From positions 12,135,009 through 12,199,008 of the forward strand of contig MU058781.1 in the NCBI GenBank assembly GCA_013265495.1: 64,000 nucleotides of DNA. Direction: 5' to 3'. The position numbers were made by a program, and so were the translations under genes. Each line of letters begins with the position of its first letter. Position 1 is the first letter of the stretch. Below the pieces are notes generated by a model. The model was not told the origin of the DNA and ran no database searches. It worked only from the letters and a program-made list of their open reading frames with translations. This DNA comes from Vicugna vicugna (taxonomy: Eukaryota). This document shows, one piece after another, positions 13,331-26,643 of this stretch.

Positions 13331-14757
13331 CCACATATAAATAAATAAGTTTCGAACATTCCCTCACACCATACACAAAAATAAACTCAAAACGGCTTAA
13401 ATATAAGACAAGACACTATAAATCTCCTGGAAAAAAAACATAGGCAAAACATTCTCTGACATAAATCTCAGCAATGTTCTCCTAGGGCAGTCTACCCAGG
13501 CAAAAGAAACAAAAAAATTAACAAATGGCACCTAATTAAACTTACAAGCTTTTGCACAGCAAAGGAAACCATAAACAAAACAGAATGGGAGAAAATATTT
13601 GCAAATGACGCGACTGACAAAGGCATAACTTCCAGAATATACAAACAGCTCATCCAAATTAATAACAAACAAACAAGCAAGCAAAAAAAAAAACCCAATC
13701 CAAAAATGGGTATAAGATCTAAACAAGCAATTATCCAATGAAGACATACAAATGGCCAATAGGCATATGAAAAATGCTCAATATCGCTAATTATCAGAGA
13801 AATACAAATCAAAACTACAATGAGGTATCACCTCACACCAGCCAGAATGGCCATCATCAAAAAGTCCACAAACCACAAATGCTGGAGAGGGTATGGAGAA
13901 AAGGGAACCCTCTTTCTCTGTTGGTAGGAATGTAGTTTGGTACAGCCATTTTGGAAAACAGTATGTAGATTCCTTAAAAAACTAAAAATAGATTTACCCT
14001 ATATAATCCAGCAATCTCACTCCTGGGAATATATCTAGATGGAACTCTAATTTGAAAAGATACATGCACCCCAGTGTTCACTGCAACACTATTTACAATA
14101 GCCAAAACATGGAAGCAACCTAAATGCCCATTGACAGATGACTGGATAAAGAAGCTGGTATATTTCTACAATGGAATACTACTCAGCCATAAAAAAGCCA
14201 TTTGCAGCAACATGGATGGATTTGGAAACTGTCATTCTAAATGAAGTAAGCCAGAAAGAGAAAGAAAAATACCATATGATATCACTCATATGTGAAATCC
14301 AGAAAAAAAGACACAAATGACCTTATACGCAAAACAGAAACAGACTCACAGGCATAGAAAACAAACTTATGGCCACCAGTGGGGGAAGGAGGTGCAAAGG
14401 GATAAACTGGGAGTTCAAGATTTGCAGATACTAACTACTATGTATAAAATAGATAAACAGCAAGTTTCTACCTACTGTATAGCAAAGGGAATTATATTCA
14501 ATATCTTGTAGTAACCTATAATGAAAAAGAACATCAAAAGCAATATACGTATGGCTGAAACATTTTGCTGTGCACCAGAAGTTGATACAGCATTGTGGGC
14601 TGATTATATTTCAATTTGAAAAAGAGCTACTTTTCAATTGGGGTGTAGTCAGTTGTTTAGTGTTGTGTCAGTTTCTGGTGTGCAGCATGATGTTTCAGTC
14701 ATATACTTCAATAAAAAAGAAAAAGAAAAAAGAAAAAACAGAAAACAAACAAACAAA
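13331..14757 (+). mobile_element. 5'-truncated LINE-1 with inverted duplication of its 3' terminus
   Basis: L1 ORF2 end and 3'UTR; TSD AAGAATCAAGCCA at 13317 and 14758; inverted copy of the terminus at 14631-14706. Confidence 0.92.
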
Positions 14758-14770
14758 AAGAATCAAGCCA

Positions 14771-14910
14771 AGGGGGGAAGGTACAGCTCAGTGGTAGAGC
14801 ATGTGCTTAGCATGCACAAGGTCCTGGGTTCAATCCCCAGTGCCTCCATTAAAAAAATTAATAAATCGAATTGCCTCCCCCCAACAAAATTAAAAAAATA
14901 AAGTCAAGAT
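14771..14910 (+). mobile_element. tRNA-derived SINE (camelid-type)
   Basis: Pol III A box (CAGCTCAGTGGTAGAGC) and B box (GGTTCAATCCC), A-rich tail, TSD CAAAAAGAATCAAGCCA at 14754-14770 and 14911-14927. Confidence 0.92.
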
Positions 14911-15385
14911 CAAAAAGAATCAAGCCAGACAGCAATCATTTTTGCTTTTGCATATGGCACTAAAGTGATTTATACATACAGTATCTCACCAGCATAGCAT
15001 GGTGGTTAAAAGTGTGGGCTTAGTTGAAATCATAACTCTACCACTGCCTGCATAACTATGGCAAGTTCTTTATCTCTGTGTAGACCAGTTTATATTTATA
15101 ATATATTAATAATAATAATAATCAATAATTTAATAAACTGTCCAATAATTTGGAATGTAAGCTCATGGGAGGCAGATACTCCTAGTGTTTCATACCTAGG
15201 AAGGGTGCAATACTTCTTGAAAGAATCAATGAATCCAAAATGACTATCAAGGGCACAGAATTGCACGTTGGGCTCCCCATCCTGAGAGATTCAAGCCCTT
15301 CCTGCCTCTAATATGTTCCACTATGCCTTTTACCCAAGGAGCACTGGCTAGTGTCACTGACTGCTATTTCTCCTCTTTTCTTTAG

Positions 15386-15475
15386 CTTGCCTGCATGTTC
15401 TTGTCTGAGGATGAAAATTTTCTTCTGCTCTTTCGCCAGGAAACCCCTCTGGACAGCAGTGTGGAATTTATGCAG
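15386..15475 (+). CDS. SCGN: Secretagogin exon 4 ([30 protein letters not shown])
   Basis: Polypyrimidine tract + TAG, donor GTAAG, 90 nt. Confidence 0.96.
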
Positions 15476-16299
15476 GTAAGCATTTGGTCATGTCTCTATG
15501 GAAGATGAGGTCAGGACCCCAGTTACTGCTGTGGCTGTCACCACTCGTGCCCTGTTCCCAAGAGAGAGCTTCCCAGAGAGGACAAGACCAAGCAAAGGAG
15601 TTCCTGTGTTAAGTCTGGACTTGGCCCCAAGCCCCAGTGTGATCTCTCAGTGTGCAGACCTAGACTGCTCCTAAGCTGACAAATTCCTTTAGCCTGGGTT
15701 AGACGAAGGCTTAGAGAGAAGGACTGGCAGGTACGCTGAGGATGTAGTGGGAGAGGAGGGTGGGGACTGTGGACCTGAAGAGCACGTGCCCCATCTAGAG
15801 CCAATGGCCCTCTGAGCTCCAGTGAACCGCTGCCTTCTGAGAATGCAGCCTAGACATCTAAACTCAATGGGAATCTACTTAGTTTTAAATGTTGGTAACT
15901 AATTCTAGTTTTGACGGCACAGTAATATAACTTATTAGAGTGCTGATCTAACCAGAAGGTGTCTTTTTGCAATCATTTTACATGAGTAAAAACCTAAGGC
16001 AGAATCAATGGCTCCTCTTATCTCCTCTTTCAGCCTCTAGGTGTTTCTGTCTGTGGGTGAAAAAAGATCAGGGAAGGCAGAGCAGGTTTCTCCAAGGCTA
16101 GAGCAGCAGATTCAAGGGGGTTACTGCCTCACTCCTGAAAGAGTTACCAAGTCTGCATTTAGGAGATAATAACTTAGCAGCATTTTGCACTAATTTATTT
16201 GCCTTCTGGCAAATGAAAGTCATGAGAAATTGAGCAAGCACTTGCATAAACAATTCACAGAAGAAATCTGAACAGATAATCGATATATGACAGTCACCA

Positions 16300-17050
16300 A
16301 AGAAATGCAAATTAAAAACAACTACTTTTTACTAAAGAGGTGAAGATTTTAAAAGGATCAACAAAAAAATGAAGGCTGGCAAAGAAATACTGAGACTGTT
16401 GCTCAAGCTCTGTTGGTAGGCATGCACACTGGGATAATTTTATGGAAAAAATGAAATTAGGATCCTTTAACATTTCATTATCCAGAGTTAACTTAAAAAA
16501 AACTTTACCCTTTGACTTAACAATGCTACTTCTCCAAGCACCTATCTTAAGAATATAATCAGAGGTGCAGAGAAGTTTTCTACACAATGTTCATTAAATG
16601 TTGCAGTGCTACTTATAGTTAAAACTGAGAATAACAAATGTCTAACAATGAAGGAAAAAGTAGGTAAATTATGATACATTCATATGATTCATTCATGCCA
16701 CAAATACTTACAAGCACCGGCAGTATGCCAGAAATAGTCCTAGGCACTGGAGATTCATGAGGAAAAGCCCCACTGTGGAATTTTATGCATCACTAAAGAT
16801 CAAGTTTTCAAAGACTATCTAATGACATGGAGGAGATTCATTATAGTGGTAAGAAACAAAATTGTATATGCATTATGATCTTAACTTTGTTTAAAATATT
16901 ATCCACCCTAGCATCTATATAAATGAGACAACAGGTAAATACACACTAAATATTGGTTGTTTTTAAGGGGTAAGATTTGACATGATTTTCATGTTCTTTG
17001 TACTTCTGTATTTTCCAATTGTGTAGAATCACATTGTATTCAAATTTTAA
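16300..17050 (+). mobile_element. Old L1M 3' fragment with an embedded L2-like piece
   Basis: GAAATGCAAATTAAAACAAC and AAATTATGATACATTCATATG motifs; degenerate. Confidence 0.5.
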
Positions 17051-17250
17051 ATAATATTTTAGAGATAATTTTAATTGTGTTTAAAAATGCTCACAGAAAA
17101 TTTTTAATGAAAATAATAAACAGAATACCCAAGTGTATAGACAACATGACCTTCTCAGTTTTGTCACATATGTAACAGAAATATGATGGAAAGGAAACAC
17201 ACAGAAATGACGAGGCTAAATGGATGAATGATTTTTTTTGTGTATTTCAG

Positions 17251-17307
17251 ATTTGGCGCAAATATGATGCCGACAGCAGTGGCTTTATATCAGCTGCCGA
17301 GCTTCGT
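17251..17307 (+). CDS. SCGN: Secretagogin exon 5 (IWRKYDADSSGFISAAELR)
   Basis: TTTCAG acceptor, GTAAGT donor, 57 nt; EF-hand 3 loop. Confidence 0.97.
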
Positions 17308-17737
17308 GTAAGTGTTACTGGGAACTGTCTCTGGGTGAAGTGTGGGTTTGTTCATCACTGGGGACATGTGTATCATGAGTTTGGTTTCTTTGTTTCCGAG
17401 AAACCTAGCTATGAATTTGTTACTTTTAAAAAAAGAACTTATTCATGGATAGATTTACAAACTGCATGTAACACTGCTCTCTCTGGGAAAGAGACATAAT
17501 CAAGGATTTATGACACTTTTTCCTGCCTAAAGCTATTCTCTGGGTTTCATTTAAACAGTGCTCCCTTTCAACAGTGACAGCCCTCCATTCTTGTATTTAT
17601 TGCTTTCTATTTCTATTTCTAAAAGGATGCTATTTTCTTCTTAAAACAAATGAAACACAATCCTTAAATTAAGGTCTCAAGATTTTCAGGTTTCTTTGCT
17701 CACTGGATAATATATGGCTCGTCTCTTGATGTCACAG

Positions 17738-17815
17738 AACTTCCTCCGAGACCTCTTCCTCCATCATGAAAAGGCCATACCTGAGGCTAAACTGGAAGAA
17801 TATACTGGCACCATG
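17738..17815 (+). CDS. SCGN: Secretagogin exon 6 (NFLRDLFLHHEKAIPEAKLEEYTGTM)
   Basis: CAG acceptor, GTAAGT donor, 78 nt. Confidence 0.96.
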
Positions 17816-19799
17816 GTAAGTAACTGAGCAACGCGCTATCCATGACGACAGCTCACCCACTGCCTCCAGGGCCCAGAAACAGTGTCGGGCACAGAGTAAG
17901 TGCCCCGTAAGTGTTTGCAAACCAGGTAAGTGCATGAGCAAACCTTCACCTCTGGCAAACACTGGCTAAAGATGAGCTGCTTTAGCCTCTCTCTTGGGAT
18001 GAGAGTGCAGGTACTTGAGAGAGAAAGCTGTTTCCCTGTCCTTGGGGAGAATTGGAAAGTCCAGTCGCAGTTGGGTTACTAAGCACCAGGCCAATAACCT
18101 TAATGCTAATCCAAGTCACATAGAAACAAGGAAGTATGGACACAGAAAATCAGGAACAAATATAAAGGAGCCATCTCTCACCACAGTGGGTGGTTCTACT
18201 CATTTAGCATGTTGATTTAAAGCAAGTGAGAGTCAGATGGGAAATGTGTGTCCCACCTCTGCCATTTCTTAGTTATGACCTTGGGAAACTGTCCAGCCTC
18301 TCAACTTTATTTACTGTATCTGTAAAATGGGGACGAACAGTACCTAATTACTGTGACAGCAAGTGAACTGATGCCTATGGAGCACTTGCAGGGCATCTAG
18401 GAAATAGTGAGCGATCAGTACATGTTAGCTCCCACTGTAGTGGTGGTTGTGGTCCTTGTTGTCATTATTTAACGTGCCCCTCATGCAATCCACGTCCTAA
18501 ACGACCCTGATGCTATTTCAGTGTCAAAGCTCCCTGGAAAATTGTGAAGTAGAAGTTGCCTTTGGTGAACTCATCCTCATAGTCGTTTGATGCATTTCTC
18601 CCAGGGCTAATCAACAATTCATATTGAATTGGATCCGGCTTCTCTCCCTTTTGTCTCCCCTGAGTCCCTTCCCATTCTCAGATGTACTTCATTCCAATCA
18701 GGCTCTAGGTTTCTTAACTAATAAGCAAGGAAATTGCTGGTAAAGGCTTAATTACTTTAGGAATTGTTACTTATTATATAAAGAGTTCTTGAGCAGACTC
18801 ACCTTCTGAACTTTCTGGTCAACAGTTGGGGATATATATTACTGAGAAGAGTTTGTGCGTTCCCATTAAAATGTGTACTCTGAGGTTCATCTATTTAGTC
18901 CTTTAACTGATATTTTCAAATACTAATTAGTATTATTTCTAACAACGTCTCTACAGTGTTGGCATTGCTTATGCTATTTTGTGTATCTGATTGTGGAGGC
19001 TTAGAAAGGGTAAGTCACCACCAAGTTGATTTCCTAAACTCATTTTAAAAATCCGATTATCACTGGGAAACATTAAGTTGCCTTCCCAAAGGTACCAGTT
19101 TAACCGGAAGTTGAGCCCTCCTGGTGGTCAACCCTGGAACTTCCTGGCTCCCACTCTGCCCTCTAACTACTCTGAATGCTGCCCCCAGCAAGGGCGTCTG
19201 CCCTGGGAAGGAAGAACGTGCTCTTGACCATGATAACTTGTAAATGGCCTGGACAGAATCAAAGCTGATGCCAAGGACAGAATCAAACTTTAGGCTGAGA
19301 TCTCAATCAAGGAAATAATGTGGCTTCTTACTATGATGATCTATTTTAATAGCATGCAAAATGCTATTTGAAATTCTGAGTAAAAAATATGTGCTTAGCA
19401 CTAAAGAGTGAAGTGGGAAATCCCCCAGAAGCAAGAGGCAGTTTCCCTGCTACAGTGAGAGCTCTAGCTTACTTCTGACCTAAATTCTAGTAAAACCCTC
19501 TAATAGAATGAATACTCTGAGAAAGGAAATTAGATTGAAACTGCCTCAGGGAGAGAATAACAAGGAGATTATTTTTCCAGTTGAGCATTTGTGATTTAAC
19601 ACAACACTAGCACTGGCTGTTGTTATCTTGATTTTATTAATTTATAAAACATGCTCTACACAGTGGAATGCTTGCATTTAGAATCTCCAGTTTGTTTCCA
19701 GTATTTCTTTGAATACTTTTGACTCTGAGGGGCGTCCTTCCACCTCCAACTATAATACTAAGCCACTACCTTCTGACTTAACATAGCTCAGCTATTTTT

Positions 19800-20800
19800 T
19801 CCTTATTTTTCTTCACCTATTTCTTGCTCATCCTTCAAGATTTAGTTAGACATCATCTTGCCCCAGGAAATCTTTTATAACCTTCTTCCTTGGTGGATCC
19901 AAGTGCCTCTCCTCTGTGCCCCTACAGTATCTTGTGTATTTCACTGTCAACATCATAGTCATCCATTTAATTCATTGCACAAATATTCATTAAATACCTG
20001 CTAGGCCTCCGGCACTATTCTAGTCACCAAAGATTCAGCAGTGAGCAAAACAAAGGAGAGACTGACAATAACAATAAATATAATAAATAATAAATTATAT
20101 TGCATAATAGAGGGTAATGAGTGTTATGGAAAAAATAAAGCAGGACAGGCAGTGCCAGAAGGGCAGCTAGGATGGGAGGCTGGGGAGAAGGTGTGATTAT
20201 CAATACGGTGATCAGCTGGAGGCCCTTCAAGAAGATGCAACTTGAAGGAGAACCAAAGGTATAGCAAGCAGAGTCCCTGGGTCAAGGGTGTGCCTGGGAT
20301 TTTTGAGAACAGGGAGAGACCAGTGTGGCTGGAGAAGAGTAAGCAAGGATGAGACAGAGGCCAGACCATGTCAGGCTTCTGGGGCCATTGTGAGAACTTG
20401 GGGTTTTAGTCGGAGTGAGATGGAGAGCTACCGGAGGGTCTGAAGCAGAAGATGCCATGGTCTGGCTGCTGTGTTGAGAAGAGCCTGAAATGGGCAGGGA
20501 GGGAATAAGGAAGACCTATTAAGAGGTCATTGCTCCACGTAGGTGAGAGCGGATGGCAGCTTGGACCAGGATAGGGTAGCGAAAGACATGAGAAACTATA
20601 TATCTTGAAGATGGAATCAGAAGGACTTCCTGATGAATCAGCTGGGAGTCAAGGATGACACTGACACTATCTGTTTATGGATCTTGTGCTCCACCAGCCT
20701 GTGACTCCTCAAGCGCAAAGCAGTACCTTAGCTCTGTGTTCCCAGCGCTCAACAGAGCCTGGCACACAGCTGGCTATTTAACGCAAATTCTCTGAACTGA
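19800..20800. mobile_element. LINE-2 fragments
   Basis: TTCATTGCACAAATATTCATTAAATACCTGCT, GAGACCAGTGTGGCTGGA, CAACAGAGCCTGGCACACAG. Confidence 0.65.
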
Positions 20801-23800
20801 ATATTCAGTTATTACCTAATAGCTAGCTAAGAATAAACCCTGATAATGGGAAGTTTGTCTTTGAGACCCTCCTACCTCCCTTGTTTCTGTTTCTTGGGAC
20901 CCACCACCCCCACTATGGCCCTTGATGCCTCTTGGGGTGCCTCTCAGATTGCACTTTGCACACTGCAGCATTTGGCACAGACCCAACTTTCCTTAAGCAA
21001 TGCTTCATGTTCTGAAATGCTCCTTTTTTTCTTTTCATTTTTTTAAACCAGACCCTCCAGGGAAGAGCCAGAAAGGGTGCCCAGAATTCTGTGCTGAGAC
21101 CCATCCTTTATGGCTCTCACCGGGGTCCTTCACCACAGAGAGGGTCCTCCAAAGGGATCCCAATCAGGCAGTGGGTATGAGCCGTGCTGAGCCCAGGGGG
21201 CAGAGATAGACAGGGAGACAGGAGCCCGAAGCTGATGATGAGAGGTGGGAGGAGCTGGAAAAAAAACACAACAGGCCAGGAGTGAAGGCAAGAGACGAGG
21301 CAGCTGAGGAGACAGAGCAGAGCAAATCCAGAAAGGACAATCAGAGCAGGTCCAGCCTAGGACAGGTCCCAGTGAATTCGGAAATCACAGCATTGTGCTC
21401 CTTTTCTTAAGCTGAATCTAAGGTGGTTTTTCTGGGCTGAGGGGTGGGGTCTCAAAGTGACCCAGAATACTCCCTCCCTCACCAAAACACCCACTCTCTT
21501 AATGCTCTTCTCTCAGGTTGGAATGTGTGCCGGTAAATTGGTTCATATAAAGATGTGAGTTCATTCATTCAACAAATATTTAGGGAGAACCTACTAAGGA
21601 AGATGTGGTCTCTGACTTTATGGAGTCTTCCAATTGGGAGAAAATTTGAAAAAGGAGCAAAAATTCACTCTGGTCCCTTCTCTTCATCCCCACTATGCCT
21701 ATCACTGCCACAGAGTATCAACCAAAAAGTAGGAGTTAAGTTCAGTTGTCCCTTCAGTCCTTAAATACAGCAATTTCACCTTGAGAACCAATTAATATAT
21801 TTTTTTGATGTTTTCCTGATTAAAAAAAAAAGATGGACTACAACAAACCAGCAATTTTAGAGCTTCAGCAAAGGCAAGACAAAAAAAGGTGGACAAAATT
21901 AAAGTTAAATTTTTTCAAGATGTCTTCTTAACTGAGTACATGCGGTACTTTATTTTCACTGAAACACAGCCAGTGTTCGTTCTAGTATTAAATATTTAAA
22001 TCATAATAATTGATTCTTACACAAACCTTCTGAAATAAGCATTTTTAAACTCCCATTGCACAAATGAAAAAACTGACGATTATCCTTTATCCTCAAAGGA
22101 TGGAGAATAAAGCTCTACTGAGAGATCAAGAAGAGATATAAATCCCTGTGAAGAAAGGGAAGAGCAAGGCAAGGACAAAGCCATGTTAGGAGATTAGGAT
22201 TCTTTTAATATTTTTAAAGATAAGATAATATAGGAGCTCTGACAGCCACAACAGAATTTACTACCCCCAAAATTGATTTTTCTCCTCATGAAGTCCTTAA
22301 ATAATCCTCAGAACTGACATCTTATTAAACACCAAATAGGAAACAAATTAATGAAAGACAATGGGAAACGAGAAAAGGTATCACAGAATTGTTCTGGAGA
22401 CGAGAGGAACACGGACTGATTAAGTTGGGGAAGGGAGAGTGGGAAGGAGAGTGAGTTGTGGCTGCATGAAGCCTCAGGGGTCACCTGAGTCAAACAGCTC
22501 ATCCTAAGGGGTAGGGACAGGCAGGAAGTAGACGTGTAGAGGGTTCAGAAAGTTGGTACTTGGCTGAAAAGAAATTATGCACATCACGCATGTGCCCAGC
22601 AGCCCTAGTTGTCCAGAGCCCCTCTTTTCACAGCTTTCAGGTTTAAGAAGCCTCAGGCTGGCATCTCTGACAACAGAATGCCCAGAGCTGAAGAAAATCT
22701 GGAAATATGCAATTTTGATGGCTTTGAGCTTATATCCAGAAGCTTAGAGTCCTGTGAAGCAGCTGTGGGGAATCTAAGTGGTCTTACCCAACTTTTGATT
22801 ATCAAGGTTGAGAAATGTCCATTGACCCAGAATGTCCTGTTATTCTTGTTATATGTGTCTGTTTCATTGTTAAAACCTTACGGCTCTCTTGCTCATGTGT
22901 GCTGCATTTAAACATTCATTTTTGTTCCAAACTGTCCCATGAAGATATGCCCATGATCAATCAAACTCCAAGTGGTCCATCACTGGTATTTTAGGCACTG
23001 AGGTGATAGGTAAATGTTGAGGTTATCTGGTGAAAGAGTTTCCACTCAAGAATCTGAGTTTTCCCTGAAGACTAGATGAATTTAATGAGATTTTGGTCAA
23101 TCTATTTCACTTCTCTTTCTTAAATTGTAGAGGTAAATTATGCTTTTCCAATGAACAGATTTAGGAACTGGACTACAGTTTTATTTTTAAAAGGAATTCT
23201 TACATTTCTCTAGAGATTTTGGGTATACTAACTTTTAGAAACTCAAATTCCAAAAAAAGACTTCTAGGATCTGAGCTCTAAGTGATAGAACAAATGTGAA
23301 ATCACCTTACTGCTGCTTTAGTGGCTTTTTATTGAGCAATGGACATAGTCATAACAACACTGCATTAAAGATTTGGTTCCGAGGTTTAGCATCAAATGCT
23401 TTACTTAAGAGATGGAACCTACTAAATGAATTCAAATTGACCCAAATAAGGATTGGCACATTTGAAGCTGTCTGAAGCATAAACAAAGTACAAGTCAAGG
23501 CAGAACATCCAATCAGAAGAGAAAAGTTGAGGTCGTCAGACCTTGTCTTATCTAAACTCCTAATTAATGTTCTGTACAAGGAAGGAAACTGTAGATTAAC
23601 AAAATCCAATTATGACATCTAATTAAGAGGTACTGCCGACACCTGGCAGGGGGAAAGATTAGCTGTCTGAATAGAATATTACTAGGTAATATTGAGCTTT
23701 TTAAAATGTAAGCTAATACACGTGGGAAATATTAAGCTCTTGTACCTAATCAGAGCATGGAGTTTGAACTACTATAAAATAACAAATTAAAATCTGAGAA

Positions 23801-25252
23801 TATGGCAGACAAAGAGAATACCTCCACCCTCTACCCTGGTCCCAGGTCTTATCCTTCATGCCTGGATTGAAGCACCTGACTCCCTAGCTGCTTCCTTCCC
23901 TTTCTGTCTTTCTTCATTCTTTTTAAGAATGAACCTTATATAATGATGGAGTCAAAGAAAATAACTCATGGTTCACGTTCTAGCAAAATGGTTCGCTCTC
24001 AGACTTCTACTGGATATAGTCTATGTTTAAAGGGCATGACTGGATGTGTAGTATGTTCAAATGTATAAAAATATAACCTGTTTTAATAAATTCCATAATA
24101 CATATTTGTGATACCAAGGTTAGGAGAGAATGAGCTTTAAAATTCATTTGAAATATTAAAAATAAAGTTGATATATATAGTAAATAAGGAAGAAGGACTG
24201 ATGTTTTTAATGCAAAAATCTGTTGGATATATCCTTAGATTATCTCACTGATTCTTTTTCCCTGTACAGCCTCCTCATATAGATATATTTAGAGATATTC
24301 TGCAGCACTAAAGTGTTGTGAAGTCACAAAATTCACTCCTACTACTACTTAGATATGGAGAGAAATGTGTCTCCTCCATGTTTCCTAAACCAATCTGGTA
24401 TTCCCAATTTTAACTTTTAATCATATCTTGTTTAAAGCTTAGTCTGATCTAGTAAATTTAAACAGCCTCTTTGAATAGGGCTAAGTCTCTCTACAAAAGG
24501 AAAAGCTCAGCCTTCTAGATTTCTCAGTTGTCTATATCCAACCCACACCCTTCTGCAAAAATGTCATCAAGGTGGTTAAGGAGAGAAAAGTGGCATATAG
24601 GAAGGACCTCATGGTGAAGGGGAGGAGCCGAGGTCCCTGGGTACAATGCTCTGGTTTCCAGGATGATGCCTTTTGACCAGAGTTGCTGCTACCTTGCTGA
24701 CATTCGTGGTTGAAGTCATCCTTTAACTCTTGCTGGATGCAAACCACTAATTCTCTGCCACATCCTCCTTCCAGCTGACTCAGTGATCCACCCCATCCTC
24801 TGTTCCAGCATCATCTGACACTCAGCTGGCCCCATGGAAGGTCCACTGGTCCTTGACTCACATCCAAACCTTCAGGAACTCAGAATGGTCTTGGGAAAGC
24901 TAAGCAACTCTCTCTGGTGTTGTCCTGCCTTAGCCAGTGCTCTTCTCCCTCCAGATCCCCTTTCCAGCAGAGTTAAGTCACCTATCTGTCTACTCTGCTA
25001 TCTTTGCCTCTCTCTCCTTTCCTCTGTACAATCCTCTGAAGCCTACAGAGAGCAGACTTTCTAACATATCAATATCCTCCTCAACTACTTTTGCCTTCAT
25101 GGGAAATATTTCTTCTATACTCTATAGGGATTACTCTATGAGTCAGTTTCAGCCAATTTAGACAAATATATAATCAGAAAAGCACTTTAATAACTTTCAA
25201 AATTAATTCTTGTTCCAAGAATTTCTTACATCCTTTCCCTTCTGCATTCCAG

Positions 25253-25308
25253 ATGAAGATCTTTGACAAAAATAAAGATGGCCGGTTGGATCTTAATGAT
25301 TTGGCAAG
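25253..25308 (+). CDS. SCGN: Secretagogin exon 7 (MKIFDKNKDGRLDLNDLAR)
   Basis: CAG acceptor, GTGAGT donor, 56 nt; EF-hand 4 loop. Confidence 0.97.
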
Positions 25309-25579
25309 GTGAGTAGCACGGTAATGGTGTCGCAGATTCAGAAACACATTTCTAGGGGTTTAATGACAGCACACATTTCTTTTTGAAACGTAGAGACCAA
25401 GTCTCACCTGAAGTCTTAAAGAGTCAGTGAGTCTTTTGGGGTAACAGCTCCCTTTGTGAAAATCATAAAAGCACCTCTCCCTAGAAAAGCACAATGCACA
25501 AAATTTTCAAAATATTTTATAACTGGGTTATGGGGCAGGCATGCCCTCAAAAAGGCCAGATATTCACGGTCCTACATAA

Positions 25580-26330
25580 GGATCCCATGACATGAGTACA
25601 TATTGGGTGCATCTTCAACATTCAACCAAGCAGTTTGCAACTCTGCCTTAGCCTTCACTTCTGCTTGCACAGATTATGAAGATAAGCCAGAGGTGAGAAC
25701 CTAGGGTCTCCTCAGGTCTTTCCTGTGCTGTACACATCCCTGGACATGGATGTAGTCCTGTGTATGTGTGTGACTGTCTAGATTCCCAGAAATAATCTTG
25801 GAGGTTTTTAAAAGCCCCTGTGGATATCTCACATCCCAGCTTTTTCTCTTAAGCTTTTTAGATAGTCTATTGTTTATCCAAATTTTTATCTACTACCTTG
25901 GTCAACTGTGATCCTAACAATTGCCACTGTTTTTCCACTGGGTAGGTTCAAAATCAGGTCAAATAGAGACATTCTTGAAAGTGGGGTCTTCTAGGGAGCC
26001 ATCAAAGAGGTCAAATAATAGTGGTTCTCTGGGAATTAGGCTTTGAAGGAACTAGTACCCTGTCCTGCCCACTACAGTAGCTGCTAGGCTGCTGATTTTC
26101 CCTGGGACTGAGGCTCTTGGTTTTCAAGGATATCATGGAACTAAGGAGGGTGGAGGGATGAAGCAAGTTAAAATGCCAAAGTTCACTATTCTTATAAAGA
26201 TTTACTTGTTTTTCTAAAATAAAAACCACTAGATTTCTGCAAGCCTTTGGTTAATTTCCAAGGTTCTGAAAAAAAGTTACTATGACAATTTTTTTGTGTG
26301 TGTGCCAGTTTTCTTGTTACTTTTATGGAG
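25580..26330 (-). mobile_element. Old L1M 5' region fragment
   Basis: CAACTCTGCCTTAGCCTTCACTTCTGCTTGCACAG-type motif typical of old L1 5' ends. Confidence 0.5.
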
Positions 26331-26597
26331 GAAAGAATTTTCATAAGCCCTTATTCTGCCACTTTTCACCAAGATGGATTTTTAAAAGTCTCTCTATGCT
26401 GACTACTAATCCCTATAAAACACTCCCTTCCTTCTTTTTGTAATGTATAAATTTCTAGCTTTCAAGCACCCATCCTATTTTGCAGAAAAACTTGGAAACT
26501 GCCTCACACCAGTTATAAATTTACTTGTAACTGAGTGCTGACAGATCATCATGTGGGTGGGATTACATTTTTTGGTTTGTTTGTTTTTTCCATTTAG

Positions 26598-26643
26598 GAT
26601 TCTGGCTCTTCAGGAAAACTTCCTTCTCCAATTTAAAATGGAT
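26598..26643 (+). CDS. SCGN: Secretagogin exon 8 (ILALQENFLLQFKMD)
   Basis: TTTAG acceptor, GTAAGT donor, 46 nt; phase matches exon 7. Confidence 0.96.

Noticed and set aside
14771..14850. tRNA-like sequence
   Set aside because: It is the head of a SINE, with an A-rich tail and TSD
17224..17499. 91-aa ORF containing an EF-hand
   Set aside because: SCGN exon 5 read through into flanking introns
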